Source: a virus. Taken from it: 64,000 nt of DNA. Each line of letters opens with the position of its first letter. Position 1 is the stretch's first letter. The notes beneath the pieces are model-generated. The model was not told the DNA's origin and made no database searches. It saw nothing but the letters and a program-made list of their open reading frames with translations. The stretch spans positions 1 through 64,000 of IMG/VR virus record IMGVR_UViG_3300047476_001057; one strand, written 5' to 3'. Below, one piece after another: positions 1 through 9,288 of this stretch. Made by a program: the position numbers and the translations under genes.

Positions 1-102
1 CCATCTACGTTTTTACGAACTTCCCAGAGATTACCATCGTTGCCTACTTTTTGATAGCCCACTGTAAATAAAGTGGCACTTTCTGTGGGAGATGGTCTCA
101 TA

Positions 103-567
103 TCAGAGGTTTGCGAAGGCTGAGAAGGAGTCTGCATCTGATGTTTCTGCAACTCTTTCTGTAACAGTTGAGTTACTGATCTCAGGTAGTTCGTTTGTTG
201 TTCCGGATTCTCTTTTATCAGAGTCAGATACGCTTGCCAAAGACTCTCCATGTCGTGGTTCACTAACGGTACTGGTGGTTGTTCTGGTTTCATCCTTTGT
301 GTCATCTATGATTACAAAAATTCTAGCGGTGGTCTCCAGGTCTTTCAGAGCTGGGTGTTTACGGATAGTCTGAATCTGTACATCAGATGCTTGGTACTTT
401 TCCTGGATAGAACCAAAACCCAGATCATCTTTCTTAAGCCATGTGTAACCGTTGTCTAGGAGTTCTTTGATAGCCGATACGCCAAGCTGTACTTTTTCTA
501 CTGCCATGTTCCTTTGTTTTTGTGTATTACCACGTGATTTTAAATTGAGGCCCGTTGTTTTGTTCAA
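103..567 (-). CDS. hypothetical protein with Ser/Thr/acidic low-complexity C-terminus
   Basis: 154-aa ORF collinear with the minus-strand early genes; overlaps the ung stop region. Confidence 0.65.
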   Translation of the reverse strand: MNKTTGLNLKSRGNTQKQRNMAVEKVQLGVSAIKELLDNGYTWLKKDDLGFGSIQEKYQASDVQIQTIRKHPALKDLETTARIFVIIDDTKDETRTTTSTVSEPRHGESLASVSDSDKRESGTTNELPEISNSTVTERVAETSDADSFSAFANL

Positions 568-1243
568 TTATTCTGTTAGCCTCGTTAAACAGATTGTTAC
601 AGTCCCACTGCGTTTTAGTGTAAGCAGCTGATGCGGGATGAGATGCCTTTAGTATATAGTGACTCTGTGTAATACAGCTTTCCAGTTCCTGAGCTTTTTG
701 GCCAAGCAGGACGAATATTAGCCCGGAGTTAGTGAAACTCAGCATGTCTATTACATACATGATGAAGTCATGCCAGATATCATAATGGGATCCTACCTTG
801 TCTACCTGGCAAGTGAGTGCTTTGTTCAGCATGAGCACTCCCTGGTTAGCCCAGCGTGTGAGATCTGGATCATGATCTACTATCTCACCCGGGTATACCG
901 TCTTATTGATAGCACTAAAGATCTGGTCTAAACTAGGCTGCACCTTACCGGTGTTACCACATGAAAAGGCAATCCCGTCTGCTACGCCCAGGTATGGATA
1001 TGGATCCTGTCCAATGATCACTACTTTAAGCTGGTCTACAGGACACTCTTCAAAAGCTCTAAACACTTGTTTAAGTGGAGGAGTAAACCGTTTACCGGAT
1101 TCTCTTTCATTGTACAAGACTTCCAAGATTTCTGTAAAATGTGTACTGTTTATAAAAGATCTTAGCTTAAGAGCCCAGCCGGATGGCTTCAGTCTTTCTA
1201 TAAGTTTTTCCTTAATTTCTTTAAGGTCTACAGTTTGTGTCAT
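527..1243 (-). CDS. ung: uracil-DNA glycosylase, family 1
   Basis: Catalytic GQDPY motif, GV-L-LN-x-LT segment and C-terminal HPAS motif. Confidence 0.95.
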   Translation of the reverse strand: MTQTVDLKEIKEKLIERLKPSGWALKLRSFINSTHFTEILEVLYNERESGKRFTPPLKQVFRAFEECPVDQLKVVIIGQDPYPYLGVADGIAFSCGNTGKVQPSLDQIFSAINKTVYPGEIVDHDPDLTRWANQGVLMLNKALTCQVDKVGSHYDIWHDFIMYVIDMLSFTNSGLIFVLLGQKAQELESCITQSHYILKASHPASAAYTKTQWDCNNLFNEANRIIEQNNGPQFKITW

Positions 1244-1280
1244 AAAAGTTCTCTATTTTTGTAGGATAACATTATACCCT

Positions 1281-1574
1281 ATGGCTAATACAGTTACTAT
1301 GATGAAAAAGGATGCTGTCATCAACATCCAAATTGGTACTGGCTTTTTGCAAAGAATGCAACAAGTAGTTGCAGGTCTTGCTTCTGAGCATACTGAGGAA
1401 GAACTTGATGCTTTTCACGAACTTGTAAAAAAAGGTCAAACCGAATTTTCTGAAGAGTGGATGGATCACCTTTTTATACTTTCTGCTTTTGTTCACCTTG
1501 TTGAAAAAGAAGCTATAAGTCAAGGTGCTACTTTTGAAAAAGAAGTTGATACTCCTAGTACAGAAGAAAATTAA
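1281..1574 (+). CDS. hypothetical 97-aa acidic helical protein (lone plus-strand gene)
   Basis: 3' part of track ORF 906..1574; ATG at 1281 in the CCTATG context used by many genes here; fills the gap between two minus-strand genes. Confidence 0.6.
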   Translation: MANTVTMMKKDAVINIQIGTGFLQRMQQVVAGLASEHTEEELDAFHELVKKGQTEFSEEWMDHLFILSAFVHLVEKEAISQGATFEKEVDTPSTEEN

Positions 1575-1950
1575 CCTGTTCACCGATTTCTTGTGCTGCT
1601 TGTATAGCTAAGGAAAGTTCTTCTTTGGAACATTCTCCAAAGCTTTTAGCAAGAAAGTATTCTTTTCCTGCTACTTCCCTTGCTATACATAAGCCAGCTT
1701 TATCTTTTACAAGAATCTTCATGTTTTCTACAGTTTCACCAGTATGCATAGCCAGTTGACGTATGATTACGTGTAATTTAGCTAGCTGAGGAAGTGTGCC
1801 ATCTTCGTGTTGTATTTCATAGAAACACTCCACTATACTACCCTCTGGTATTTTACTGATATACAGTTCCATCTGTTTAGACTGAGCACTGCTTATCTGT
1901 TGTAAAACACCATTGCGTTTGACATACTTACCTGTAAAGTGATGTGTCAT
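1555..1950 (-). CDS. NinB/Orf-like recombination-associated protein (tentative)
   Basis: TLPQLAKLH...HTGETVENMK...SFGECSKEELS pattern resembles the NinB family. Confidence 0.45.
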   Translation of the reverse strand: MTHHFTGKYVKRNGVLQQISSAQSKQMELYISKIPEGSIVECFYEIQHEDGTLPQLAKLHVIIRQLAMHTGETVENMKILVKDKAGLCIAREVAGKEYFLAKSFGECSKEELSLAIQAAQEIGEQVNFLLY

Positions 1951-3058
1951 GTTTTTCAGTGTTTACTTCATGATATTTGATTTTCTCGGGGTCCAAATCT
2001 TTCAGAGCTTCATTTACCCACCGTTCATCCACTGTATCTTTGTAACATAATATATGTACAATAGCAGTTTCAGTTGGGTTTAACCTGAGCAATCTACCTA
2101 TACGCTGGTTGGATTTTCTTTCATTACCATATGCATGCATAATGATACCAGCTCTTAAGTTTGGAATGTTTATACCCTCGTTAAGTTGAAGAACACAAGA
2201 AAGCTCATTGATCTCTCCTGTTTTAAACTTAGCAAGGTTCTCATCTGCATCAGGGTTTTCTGAATGCACAGAATATTTACATATCCTGTCTGCCTGTGCT
2301 TGGGTGTTGCAGAAAACAATACATTTGTCTTCTATCTCATCAAGCAGATACTTTGCATACTTTTCTTTGGTTTGGAAATCCATCATAGTCCTCATCCTCA
2401 TTACAGATGATATCTGTTCTTGCTTTTTAGACTGTGCCTCCATAATACGCCTGGTCCAGTATTCATAACTTTTCTGCTCAGAAGTATAAAACGTACCGTT
2501 TTTACCTTTTACAGGAAGTGTGTTACTTTTACCAATAGGCATTTTATGCACTATGATCCTATAATCATTTAAGATGTGATCATCAACAGCATTGTCAGTA
2601 ATATATTTATACAGTATAGGACAGTACATTTGTACCATCTCTCCTTTTTCTGAACGCTGATATCTCGGAGGCGTACCGGTGAGTCCCAGTATTTTTCCTG
2701 CATATACAGCTAGAAAAGTATGATGTCCATACAGTAAGCTGTGACACTCGTCTAGAACTACTACATCATATTCATGAGGATTGTACTTGTTTAGGGACAG
2801 ATAAGTTGTAAAGTCTGTTCTTTGCAGCATTGCCGGATCTATACCAAACCTCACTGCATCATCTTTCCAAGATTCAAAGATGCTAAGCTTTGGAGCAACA
2901 ACGAGAGCCCTCTTAAAAGGACCCTCGTTGTAGTAATGCTCCAAGTATCTGAGCCCAATAAGAGTTTTACCAACACCCATAGAAATGCCCAGACCGCAAC
3001 GTTTTTGTTTGATTGCAACCTGCAGGGCTTCCTGCTGGATTTGGTCTCTTTTAGTCAT
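1928..3058 (-). CDS. superfamily 2 (DExH, ResIII-like) helicase
   Basis: Walker A GVGKT, DECH, LTGTP, EGINIP and QRIGRLLR motifs. Confidence 0.92.
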   Translation of the reverse strand: MTKRDQIQQEALQVAIKQKRCGLGISMGVGKTLIGLRYLEHYYNEGPFKRALVVAPKLSIFESWKDDAVRFGIDPAMLQRTDFTTYLSLNKYNPHEYDVVVLDECHSLLYGHHTFLAVYAGKILGLTGTPPRYQRSEKGEMVQMYCPILYKYITDNAVDDHILNDYRIIVHKMPIGKSNTLPVKGKNGTFYTSEQKSYEYWTRRIMEAQSKKQEQISSVMRMRTMMDFQTKEKYAKYLLDEIEDKCIVFCNTQAQADRICKYSVHSENPDADENLAKFKTGEINELSCVLQLNEGINIPNLRAGIIMHAYGNERKSNQRIGRLLRLNPTETAIVHILCYKDTVDERWVNEALKDLDPEKIKYHEVNTEKHDTSLYR

Positions 3059-3309
3059 TAGTCAAATACTCTTTGTACTGTGTTATCAAATGGATTGAAC
3101 TCCACCTGGTTATACGATCTGTAATCACCAGGAGCAAACACCATACGATCATGCTCATCATGGGTGAGTATACCCATACTGTTGAGCATGAAGCTGATGC
3201 TGTTGTCTGTTTGTTCAAACTCAATGTCTGATTTGGACTCCAGGATGTGTTTGTGTCCTACGATCTCACCCTCTCCGAGGACGATACGTCTTGCTTTCTT
3301 TTTTTCCAT
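3058..3309 (-). CDS. small conserved protein with GEGExxGHxH and THDEH motifs
   Basis: His-rich motifs typical of the small partner of DUF6745-like proteins. Confidence 0.6.
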   Translation of the reverse strand: MEKKKARRIVLGEGEIVGHKHILESKSDIEFEQTDNSISFMLNSMGILTHDEHDRMVFAPGDYRSYNQVEFNPFDNTVQRVFD

Positions 3310-3314
3310 GTGTT

Positions 3315-4052
3315 TTAGGTTTCTGAATACATTAATGATAAATACTGTTCTTTGCTGAGATGGTAGTCCATACTTTTAATGGTAGACTGCTCACCTCTTT
3401 TAACCACGATAATATCACCCTGGCGATAGATGCGTTCAGGATTTTCTATATCTATACGTATAGTCCATGCAATAGCCTTAATGGCATCATACTTAGTGTT
3501 TTCATCACGTGCCCACCAACCGTTAGCATCTGAAGCTGCTTCCAGGGGTACATATAACCAATACTCTCTACTGGTGGTAGTACACCAGCATCTTACTGCA
3601 TACACCGGTCTAGGTTTACTGCCCCAACGGTCCGTTACAAAAAGCTTTTCACCAGGCATTTCATAAAGTTCATATACATCTTCAAACTCATACTCGTAAG
3701 GATCGTTGTTGCTGTCCCAGCGGGTACGTTTTTTCTTGATGGTCTGCTTGTCAAGCAGTGTAGGATCAAGTTGCTTGAACAACTTTTCTACACCAATAGC
3801 ATCAAAGTAAACCCTACGGTCTTCTGTATTTTCTTGCTTAAGAGCTTCTTCTACAGTGACCAGGATGATACTGTCCCACATTTCTTTTACAAAGTCCCTG
3901 AAGTCATGAAGACTTTCATGTGGGGTGACGTCTCTTTCAAAGTCACGGAAGTCTGTTTCATATTTAGTCTTCCATAAACGAAGAGCAGTGGAGAGGTCAT
4001 ACCCCTCCCTGCCATTTACTATATACTGTTGCTTGCTGTAATCAATACTCAT
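3315..4052 (-). CDS. DUF6745-like protein
   Basis: NTEDRRVYFDAIG, VRCWCTTTSREYWLYVP and AIAWT motifs. Confidence 0.6.
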   Translation of the reverse strand: MSIDYSKQQYIVNGREGYDLSTALRLWKTKYETDFRDFERDVTPHESLHDFRDFVKEMWDSIILVTVEEALKQENTEDRRVYFDAIGVEKLFKQLDPTLLDKQTIKKKRTRWDSNNDPYEYEFEDVYELYEMPGEKLFVTDRWGSKPRPVYAVRCWCTTTSREYWLYVPLEAASDANGWWARDENTKYDAIKAIAWTIRIDIENPERIYRQGDIIVVKRGEQSTIKSMDYHLSKEQYLSLMYSET

Positions 4053-4734
4053 CTTCTTGTGTTATAAGTTCTAAATAGATGTCTTTATCATGTGAGCTGT
4101 ATGTACCAATAGAGAGTTCTGTAATAAACGCTACTAGGTTATCATCTTCTTCTTTGAACTCAATACGGTTGATACGATCATTTTGCCACACATTGCGGTA
4201 TTCTGTAGCATTAGGAAGTTTTTGATAGGAAGCAATAGCTTCTTCCACCTGTTCTCCCAGACTTTCTTTAATCTGTTCTGCCACAGCTGTGTGTGTATAA
4301 GTGAGAAAACCATTGCGGAGGATAAAAGCTATGTCTATGATAGGCTCGTCCTGCTCAATGTTGTATTCTATAGCGTCAAACCAAAGATTCTTAGGGACCG
4401 TGATCTTGATAGAACACTCATAATTGTAGGTCTCATCTTCACTGTAATAGTCTGTACCCACAAATGCTTTTTCATTAACATTATAAACAGCTTCACCGCT
4501 TGCTTGAAACTCACCAGCCCAGGATCCATAATCCAACTGGTCATACATCCTGTCTATAAGATTAGAAATCACATCGGTTTCTGCACTATCTGTTACTTGT
4601 TCACCGTCTATTTTAAAATACACCCAACCAGAGTCACCACCACCTTCCCAGGCTATTGATAACTCATGTCCTTTCTCCACCATGTCGTCACACCAACTAA
4701 TCAAATCTTGGGTTGCTACTAACTTTGTTGTCAT
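4042..4734 (-). CDS. DUF6878-like protein
   Basis: WEGGGDSG motif; adjacent to a DUF6915-like gene. Confidence 0.55.
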   Translation of the reverse strand: MTTKLVATQDLISWCDDMVEKGHELSIAWEGGGDSGWVYFKIDGEQVTDSAETDVISNLIDRMYDQLDYGSWAGEFQASGEAVYNVNEKAFVGTDYYSEDETYNYECSIKITVPKNLWFDAIEYNIEQDEPIIDIAFILRNGFLTYTHTAVAEQIKESLGEQVEEAIASYQKLPNATEYRNVWQNDRINRIEFKEEDDNLVAFITELSIGTYSSHDKDIYLELITQEDEY

Positions 4735-5125
4735 CTTCTAAAGTTTTTTCTGTTACGTAATCAAGTTTCTTTTCTGCTATTTCCTTAAGCAGTTTTCTAC
4801 CTTCTCCTGGTTTAAACATCCAACCTTCTACGGTCATGTTGTCCAGGTATTGTTTTATAGTGGGGATAAACCCTATATCTTCTTTGATATGCTGCTCACC
4901 AATAAAGCGGACAGGAACATTCTTCCCGTCTGAGTTAGTGATAACAGTTCCAAAGATTTGCTCACACCAGAAGATGCCTTCTGCATGGTGTCTGAGTGCA
5001 CGGTGTCTCATGTCTGGATAATGAGCTTTAGTTTCATCAAACCAGTCATGGATCTTTATATAATCTTCCCACTTACCTCCGTATGTTTTAGCAGAGGACA
5101 GTGCATGATGATACGGGTGGCTCAT
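4697..5125 (-). CDS. DUF6915-like His-rich protein
   Basis: HPYHHALSS..IHDWFDETK..RHRALRHHAEGIFWCEQIFG..IGEQHIKED motifs. Confidence 0.7.
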   Translation of the reverse strand: MSHPYHHALSSAKTYGGKWEDYIKIHDWFDETKAHYPDMRHRALRHHAEGIFWCEQIFGTVITNSDGKNVPVRFIGEQHIKEDIGFIPTIKQYLDNMTVEGWMFKPGEGRKLLKEIAEKKLDYVTEKTLEDDNKVSSNPRFD

Positions 5126-5126
5126 G

Positions 5127-5330
5127 CTAGAGTTGATTTTTAGTGAACTTATTTACTAGGTATTCCTTGATCCATACACCCAGAATGATCAGCCATGTAA
5201 TAGCTGCCAGTGGCCAGGCAAGGAACCATACCATAGGTAATAAGTAATCACCATCTGTTTCCAGTTTTCTAACAAAAGAGTTTATGAGCCAATATATTAG
5301 CCCAATGAGTAAATAAATAGGTAAGATCAT
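5127..5330 (-). CDS. small membrane protein
   Basis: Two hydrophobic segments in 67 aa. Confidence 0.55.
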   Translation of the reverse strand: MILPIYLLIGLIYWLINSFVRKLETDGDYLLPMVWFLAWPLAAITWLIILGVWIKEYLVNKFTKNQL

Positions 5331-5722
5331 TCTTGTTCTTTTAATCTGTTTTCTGAAAATCCCAGTTCTTTAGCTTCAGCTGGGTTGAGTTCTATCCAAG
5401 TATGACAATTACGACACACTGCTAACCACGTGGAAATCTTAAGATGATTTTCTCCACGACCTGCTTTATGATGTACATCGGTTGCATCTTTTGTACACCC
5501 AACCAGTCTTGCTTGACAGATTGGATGTACAATAAGAAATGCAGCACGTTTTTTACCATACTCATCCAGAGTTTCTCTCATCTTTTTAGAAATAGGAGAA
5601 ACTTTTTTAGGTGGGTCTAGTTTATACCAGCAGTCTTTACAATACTTTTCTTTACCATGGGATTTCCATATGTGCTTAAGTTCTTTGCACCCTGCACATT
5701 GTTTGAGTTTAGCTTGTATCAT
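5327..5722 (-). CDS. HNH endonuclease-like Zn-binding protein
   Basis: CxxC pairs, DVHH and CRNCH motifs. Confidence 0.8.
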   Translation of the reverse strand: MIQAKLKQCAGCKELKHIWKSHGKEKYCKDCWYKLDPPKKVSPISKKMRETLDEYGKKRAAFLIVHPICQARLVGCTKDATDVHHKAGRGENHLKISTWLAVCRNCHTWIELNPAEAKELGFSENRLKEQE

Positions 5723-6240
5723 GCTAGCTGAAAGAAGTTTTTAGGTAGCAGGTTTTCCTCTATGAGTTTAGAAGCTACATCCTGTTGACTTAGACCAAGT
5801 TCTTTGAAAGTGTGTGATTCTTTACTATCACGGTCATAGCCTTTTGTGTCTACCAATATTTTAGTAATAGGAGAGTTTGGGAACAGTGTTAAAAGAATAG
5901 AGTCAACTCTGTTATAGACAATTTCTTGTTTCCAACGATTAAGTATTCTCTGAGTTTTGGCATATTTAGCAAGAACACGAGCTTTTTGAAACTTAGGCAT
6001 AACTTTTACATCTTCTACAGAGTAATAGCCAAGTCCATATACAGTTTCTGCATATAGTTTTTGTTGGATCTTATTAAATGCCGGTTTTTCAAGTTCTTGG
6101 TAACGTGTACGCCCCTGAATCTGAAGTTCTTCTACTTGAAGATTTTCATAAGCTAAAAACTTATGTTTGTTAGCATCTCTAAAGGAGATAATTATACCTT
6201 TAGAGTTAGCAGATGCTGTTTTGTGAGGGTTGATACGCAT
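5719..6240 (-). CDS. hypothetical protein
   Basis: 173-aa ORF, 4-nt overlap with next gene, CCTATG start context. Confidence 0.7.
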   Translation of the reverse strand: MRINPHKTASANSKGIIISFRDANKHKFLAYENLQVEELQIQGRTRYQELEKPAFNKIQQKLYAETVYGLGYYSVEDVKVMPKFQKARVLAKYAKTQRILNRWKQEIVYNRVDSILLTLFPNSPITKILVDTKGYDRDSKESHTFKELGLSQQDVASKLIEENLLPKNFFQLA

Positions 6241-6300
6241 AGGTCTACATTTAGAAGGTTAAAGTTAGAGAACTTGCTACAGTTCTCCAAATAGTCTACA

Positions 6301-6332
6301 AAAAAAAGACCCCAGCCTAAGCCAGGGTCTTT
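6301..6332 (-). terminator. intrinsic terminator
   Basis: Minus strand AAAGACCCTGGC-TTAG-GCTGGGGTC-T7. Confidence 0.75.
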
Positions 6333-6348
6333 ATATAACTGTATAAGA

Positions 6349-6825
6349 TTAAAGGGTGGCCACTTCAGCATTATTTGCTGTAGTCATCCTGCTAATCACT
6401 TTAGAAGCAGCTAACACTTCACGGATTTCTTCCGTATTAGTGTGCATAATCAGTTCATCCTGAGCATTGTCATTGGATGAGTAGAATGTCTGACGATAGA
6501 TAGGTTGATCACCTACACGGCAGATAACACCGGTTTCACCTGCAACCTTAAGATCCCTGTCAGGGTTCTCAGGATTAAAGGGATTATGGCTTTCTACTAC
6601 AATGATTCTGCCTGGAAGTTCCTGGCCTTCTGTAAAGCCAGCTTCTACTAGGTCTTTTACAGTGCCTTTGATTAAAGCTGAACGCTTGGTGTTTCTTAAC
6701 CAACCATTTGCATTAATTACTGTACAACCTTGTTCTACACGGATATATCCGTACTCAGGGTTGTTCTGAGATACTCCAATAATGTTTCCATTCTGGTCTG
6801 CGGTGACTCTCACTTTAGTAGTCAT
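6349..6825 (-). CDS. conserved phage hypothetical protein (beta-rich, possibly OB-fold/SSB-like)
   Basis: 158-aa ORF followed by a terminator; fold is a guess. Confidence 0.6.
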   Translation of the reverse strand: MTTKVRVTADQNGNIIGVSQNNPEYGYIRVEQGCTVINANGWLRNTKRSALIKGTVKDLVEAGFTEGQELPGRIIVVESHNPFNPENPDRDLKVAGETGVICRVGDQPIYRQTFYSSNDNAQDELIMHTNTEEIREVLAASKVISRMTTANNAEVATL

Positions 6826-6903
6826 ACTTTGTTGATTTACATATTAAAAAAAATACCCCAGCTGTATTTACAGCCAGGGTAACACGTTATAGAAAACTGA
6901 GAA

Positions 6904-7164
6904 TTATTCTTCCTCAGGTTCAAAATCTAAGTCAGGATCAGATAGTTTTGTTTCTTCAGGTATATCAATCAAATCTTCTATTGCATCTATTGGATCAACT
7001 GATGAAGACTTATCTTTTTTGCTTAGTACGGATCCAAACCATGGGTTTTCTAAGACTTCTCCGTAATTATATGCAATAAGATATTCAAGTTCTTCATCAG
7101 ACATTTCCAGATACTGTTCAGTACTGATTTCTATTACCTTCCCATTAGGAAGTTGGTATAACAT
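6904..7164 (-). CDS. acidic hypothetical protein
   Basis: 86-aa ORF with CCTATG start context. Confidence 0.65.
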   Translation of the reverse strand: MLYQLPNGKVIEISTEQYLEMSDEELEYLIAYNYGEVLENPWFGSVLSKKDKSSSVDPIDAIEDLIDIPEETKLSDPDLDFEPEEE

Positions 7165-7255
7165 AGGTAGTGGATATTCTTATTAGTATAAAAATAACAT
7201 CTACAATTAGTTATACAAAATATTCTAAGGTAAAGTCAGTATCATAGAGCTATAA

Positions 7256-7420
7256 CTATTTTTTACCCTGTCTGTTTATACCTGCTAACTTCTTTTTCCA
7301 GTAGGCGTTGGTTTTATTTATGTCTTCTTGTCTCTTGTCAAGCTTAGTTTTAAGTTCTGCAACTTCTTGTTCAAGTTGTTTTACTCTGGAGTTACTAAAA
7401 AGTTTTTTCAACCAATTCAT
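7256..7420 (-). CDS. small coiled-coil protein
   Basis: Probable start MNWLKK at 7420 inside track ORF 7256..7447. Confidence 0.55.
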   Translation of the reverse strand: MNWLKKLFSNSRVKQLEQEVAELKTKLDKRQEDINKTNAYWKKKLAGINRQGKK

Positions 7421-7483
7421 ATAGTTATAAAATAAAAAAGGGACCACTATGAGCCCCTTTAGATTAAGTAATAAAATATCAGA

Positions 7484-7834
7484 CTAAAAGTTAATCTCTA
7501 TGTGATCTTTAGAGATGTTTACATTTTTAGCCTTTCCGGATACCTGAACAGATACCCCATTTACAAGAAAATTCATTCCTGATTCTGCAGCAACCTGTAT
7601 TTCTTTTTTTGACTCTGCAACAGAGCTTACACTTTGTACATTTACAGAACCAGTAGGTCTTTTACCTCTTACGTCAGGAAACTTTAATCCTTCTTGTTTA
7701 AACCTGTTCTTGTAATTATGTACAGAAGAAATAGCAATATTAAAATGTTTAGCTATATCTTCTGGTGCAACACTGTTTTGAACCATCACCCTCATTTGCT
7801 GAATGTCATCCAATGATAGACGTTTGTTAGCCAT
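7484..7834 (-). CDS. helix-turn-helix DNA-binding protein
   Basis: PEDIAKHFNIAISSVHNYKNR HTH signature; directly downstream of the integrase. Confidence 0.7.
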   Translation of the reverse strand: MANKRLSLDDIQQMRVMVQNSVAPEDIAKHFNIAISSVHNYKNRFKQEGLKFPDVRGKRPTGSVNVQSVSSVAESKKEIQVAAESGMNFLVNGVSVQVSGKAKNVNISKDHIEINF

Positions 7835-7897
7835 AAACTATAGTTTAATGTACAATATTAATACATTTTCTATAGGATGACCGAGATTTAAGCGGTT

Positions 7898-9010
7898 TTA
7901 ACCCAGCTTATCTAAGATCTTTTTCTCCAACCTTTTGTTGGAGATCCGAGCATAGATAGCTGCGGTTTTCATGGTAACACCTAAAAGTTCTGCTACTTCT
8001 TCAAGATCAAACCCATTGTCCATCAGTAACATAGCAAAAGAGTGCCTGGCTGTGTGCACTTTGATCTTACGATCTACACCAGCCATTTTGGCTATGTCTT
8101 TGACATAGTCTCTCATGTTCTGTTCTGATATGTTAAACGGGTTGTCTCTACAAAATACCAGTATTTCAGATAGTCTGCTGTGCACAGGTATGGAGACCAG
8201 TTTTTTGTTTTTTTTGGTCTTTAGTAATATCCGTCCAGCAGATACCATGTTATCATAGGAGAATTTCTTAAAGTCACTGATGCGGTAACCGGCATAACAA
8301 GACAGCAGGAAGTAATACCCGCTCATTTTCATCATAGGTCTGTTAATAGCATCACAGACTTTTTTAAAGGCAGCTATTTCATCTTCAGATAGATATTCAG
8401 GTATACCTTGTTCATATACAGGAACAACATAACTTTTATACCGGTCTTCTTTGATGAGCCCTTGATTTTTAGCCTGTTTTAAGAAACCTTTGATGTTCTT
8501 CATCTTTTTATGCACAGTGTTATGATGCATCTTTTTAGAACGAAGATGTTGTTCGTACAAGTTTAGCCAGCTTATTGAAATCTTGCTAAAATATAAGTAC
8601 TTGTCATAGTCTTCTAGTTCTCTTCGGATGTCTTCATATACATCAATGGTAGCGTTAGCTTTTTTACCCCGCATTTGTTGTTCATACTCTGCAATAAAGT
8701 CCGTAAAGGTTTGCTTTGAAAGAGCTTCACCACGCACAGCTTTCTGCAGCATTTCCAAGCTCACATGTTGTACATCTAACAAGTCTAAAAGATTTTGTTC
8801 TATCTCTACAACTTGCTTATTTAACATAGCCGTAATCTTGGTCTTGTGAGGATGATTGACTATTTCCCGTCCCTGGAGCTGCTCAGGTCGTAATTTAAAG
8901 TCAGTAGAAGCATAGGCATGCATACGGTTAAATACTACACGGATAGCTAACTTGTGAGTGTTATCTTTATCTGCTCTAGCCTGCAGGTAAGGTTTGATTG
9001 TATATCCCAT
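7898..9010 (-). CDS. int: tyrosine recombinase (phage integrase) with N-terminal arm-binding and SAM-like domains
   Basis: Catalytic R (GYRISD), K, HTARH and Y (TAAIYAR); N-terminal beta domain resembles Bacteroidota integrases. Confidence 0.93.
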   Translation of the reverse strand: MGYTIKPYLQARADKDNTHKLAIRVVFNRMHAYASTDFKLRPEQLQGREIVNHPHKTKITAMLNKQVVEIEQNLLDLLDVQHVSLEMLQKAVRGEALSKQTFTDFIAEYEQQMRGKKANATIDVYEDIRRELEDYDKYLYFSKISISWLNLYEQHLRSKKMHHNTVHKKMKNIKGFLKQAKNQGLIKEDRYKSYVVPVYEQGIPEYLSEDEIAAFKKVCDAINRPMMKMSGYYFLLSCYAGYRISDFKKFSYDNMVSAGRILLKTKKNKKLVSIPVHSRLSEILVFCRDNPFNISEQNMRDYVKDIAKMAGVDRKIKVHTARHSFAMLLMDNGFDLEEVAELLGVTMKTAAIYARISNKRLEKKILDKLG

Positions 9011-9026
9011 ACCGCTAAGCTAAAAA

Positions 9027-9288
9027 TTTACAACAGTTTTTACAACATGTTTACAACACACAGGCTAGAAAATACTATAATGTGCTAGTTTTAACTTTAC
9101 GTAACAGGCTGAAAATGAAGAAAGCCCCTGATTATCAAGGGCTTTCTGCGGACCGGACGGGACTCGAATGTTATTTCAAGATGCTTATCCAGCTTATGTT
9201 TCAGTGTTACGACTATACATTTTACAACTGGTTTACAACAACTGTTAAAACTTAGGGTTGTCACCCATAATCTTCTGTTTGTTGTAAA
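9027..9288. repeat. integrase arm-type repeats TTTACAAC(A/T)
   Basis: Direct copies at 9027, 9039, 9050, 9221 and 9232, inverted copy at 9280-9288, on both sides of the core. Confidence 0.75.
9148..9168 (-). mobile_element. attP core matching the 3' end of a tRNA, probably tRNA-Asp
   Basis: Minus strand TTCGAGTCCCGTCCGGTCCGC = T-loop, T-stem 3', acceptor 3' strand and discriminator G; followed by the inverted repeat 9120-9146; lies between int and xis. Confidence 0.8.

Noticed and set aside
2648-2662. Self-target of array unit 5 in the helicase gene (TA-CA-CG-TC-GA matches TAT CAG CGT TCA GAA)
   Set aside because: Only 5 of 11 dinucleotides match; such runs are expected by chance in 128 kb of two-strand sequence.
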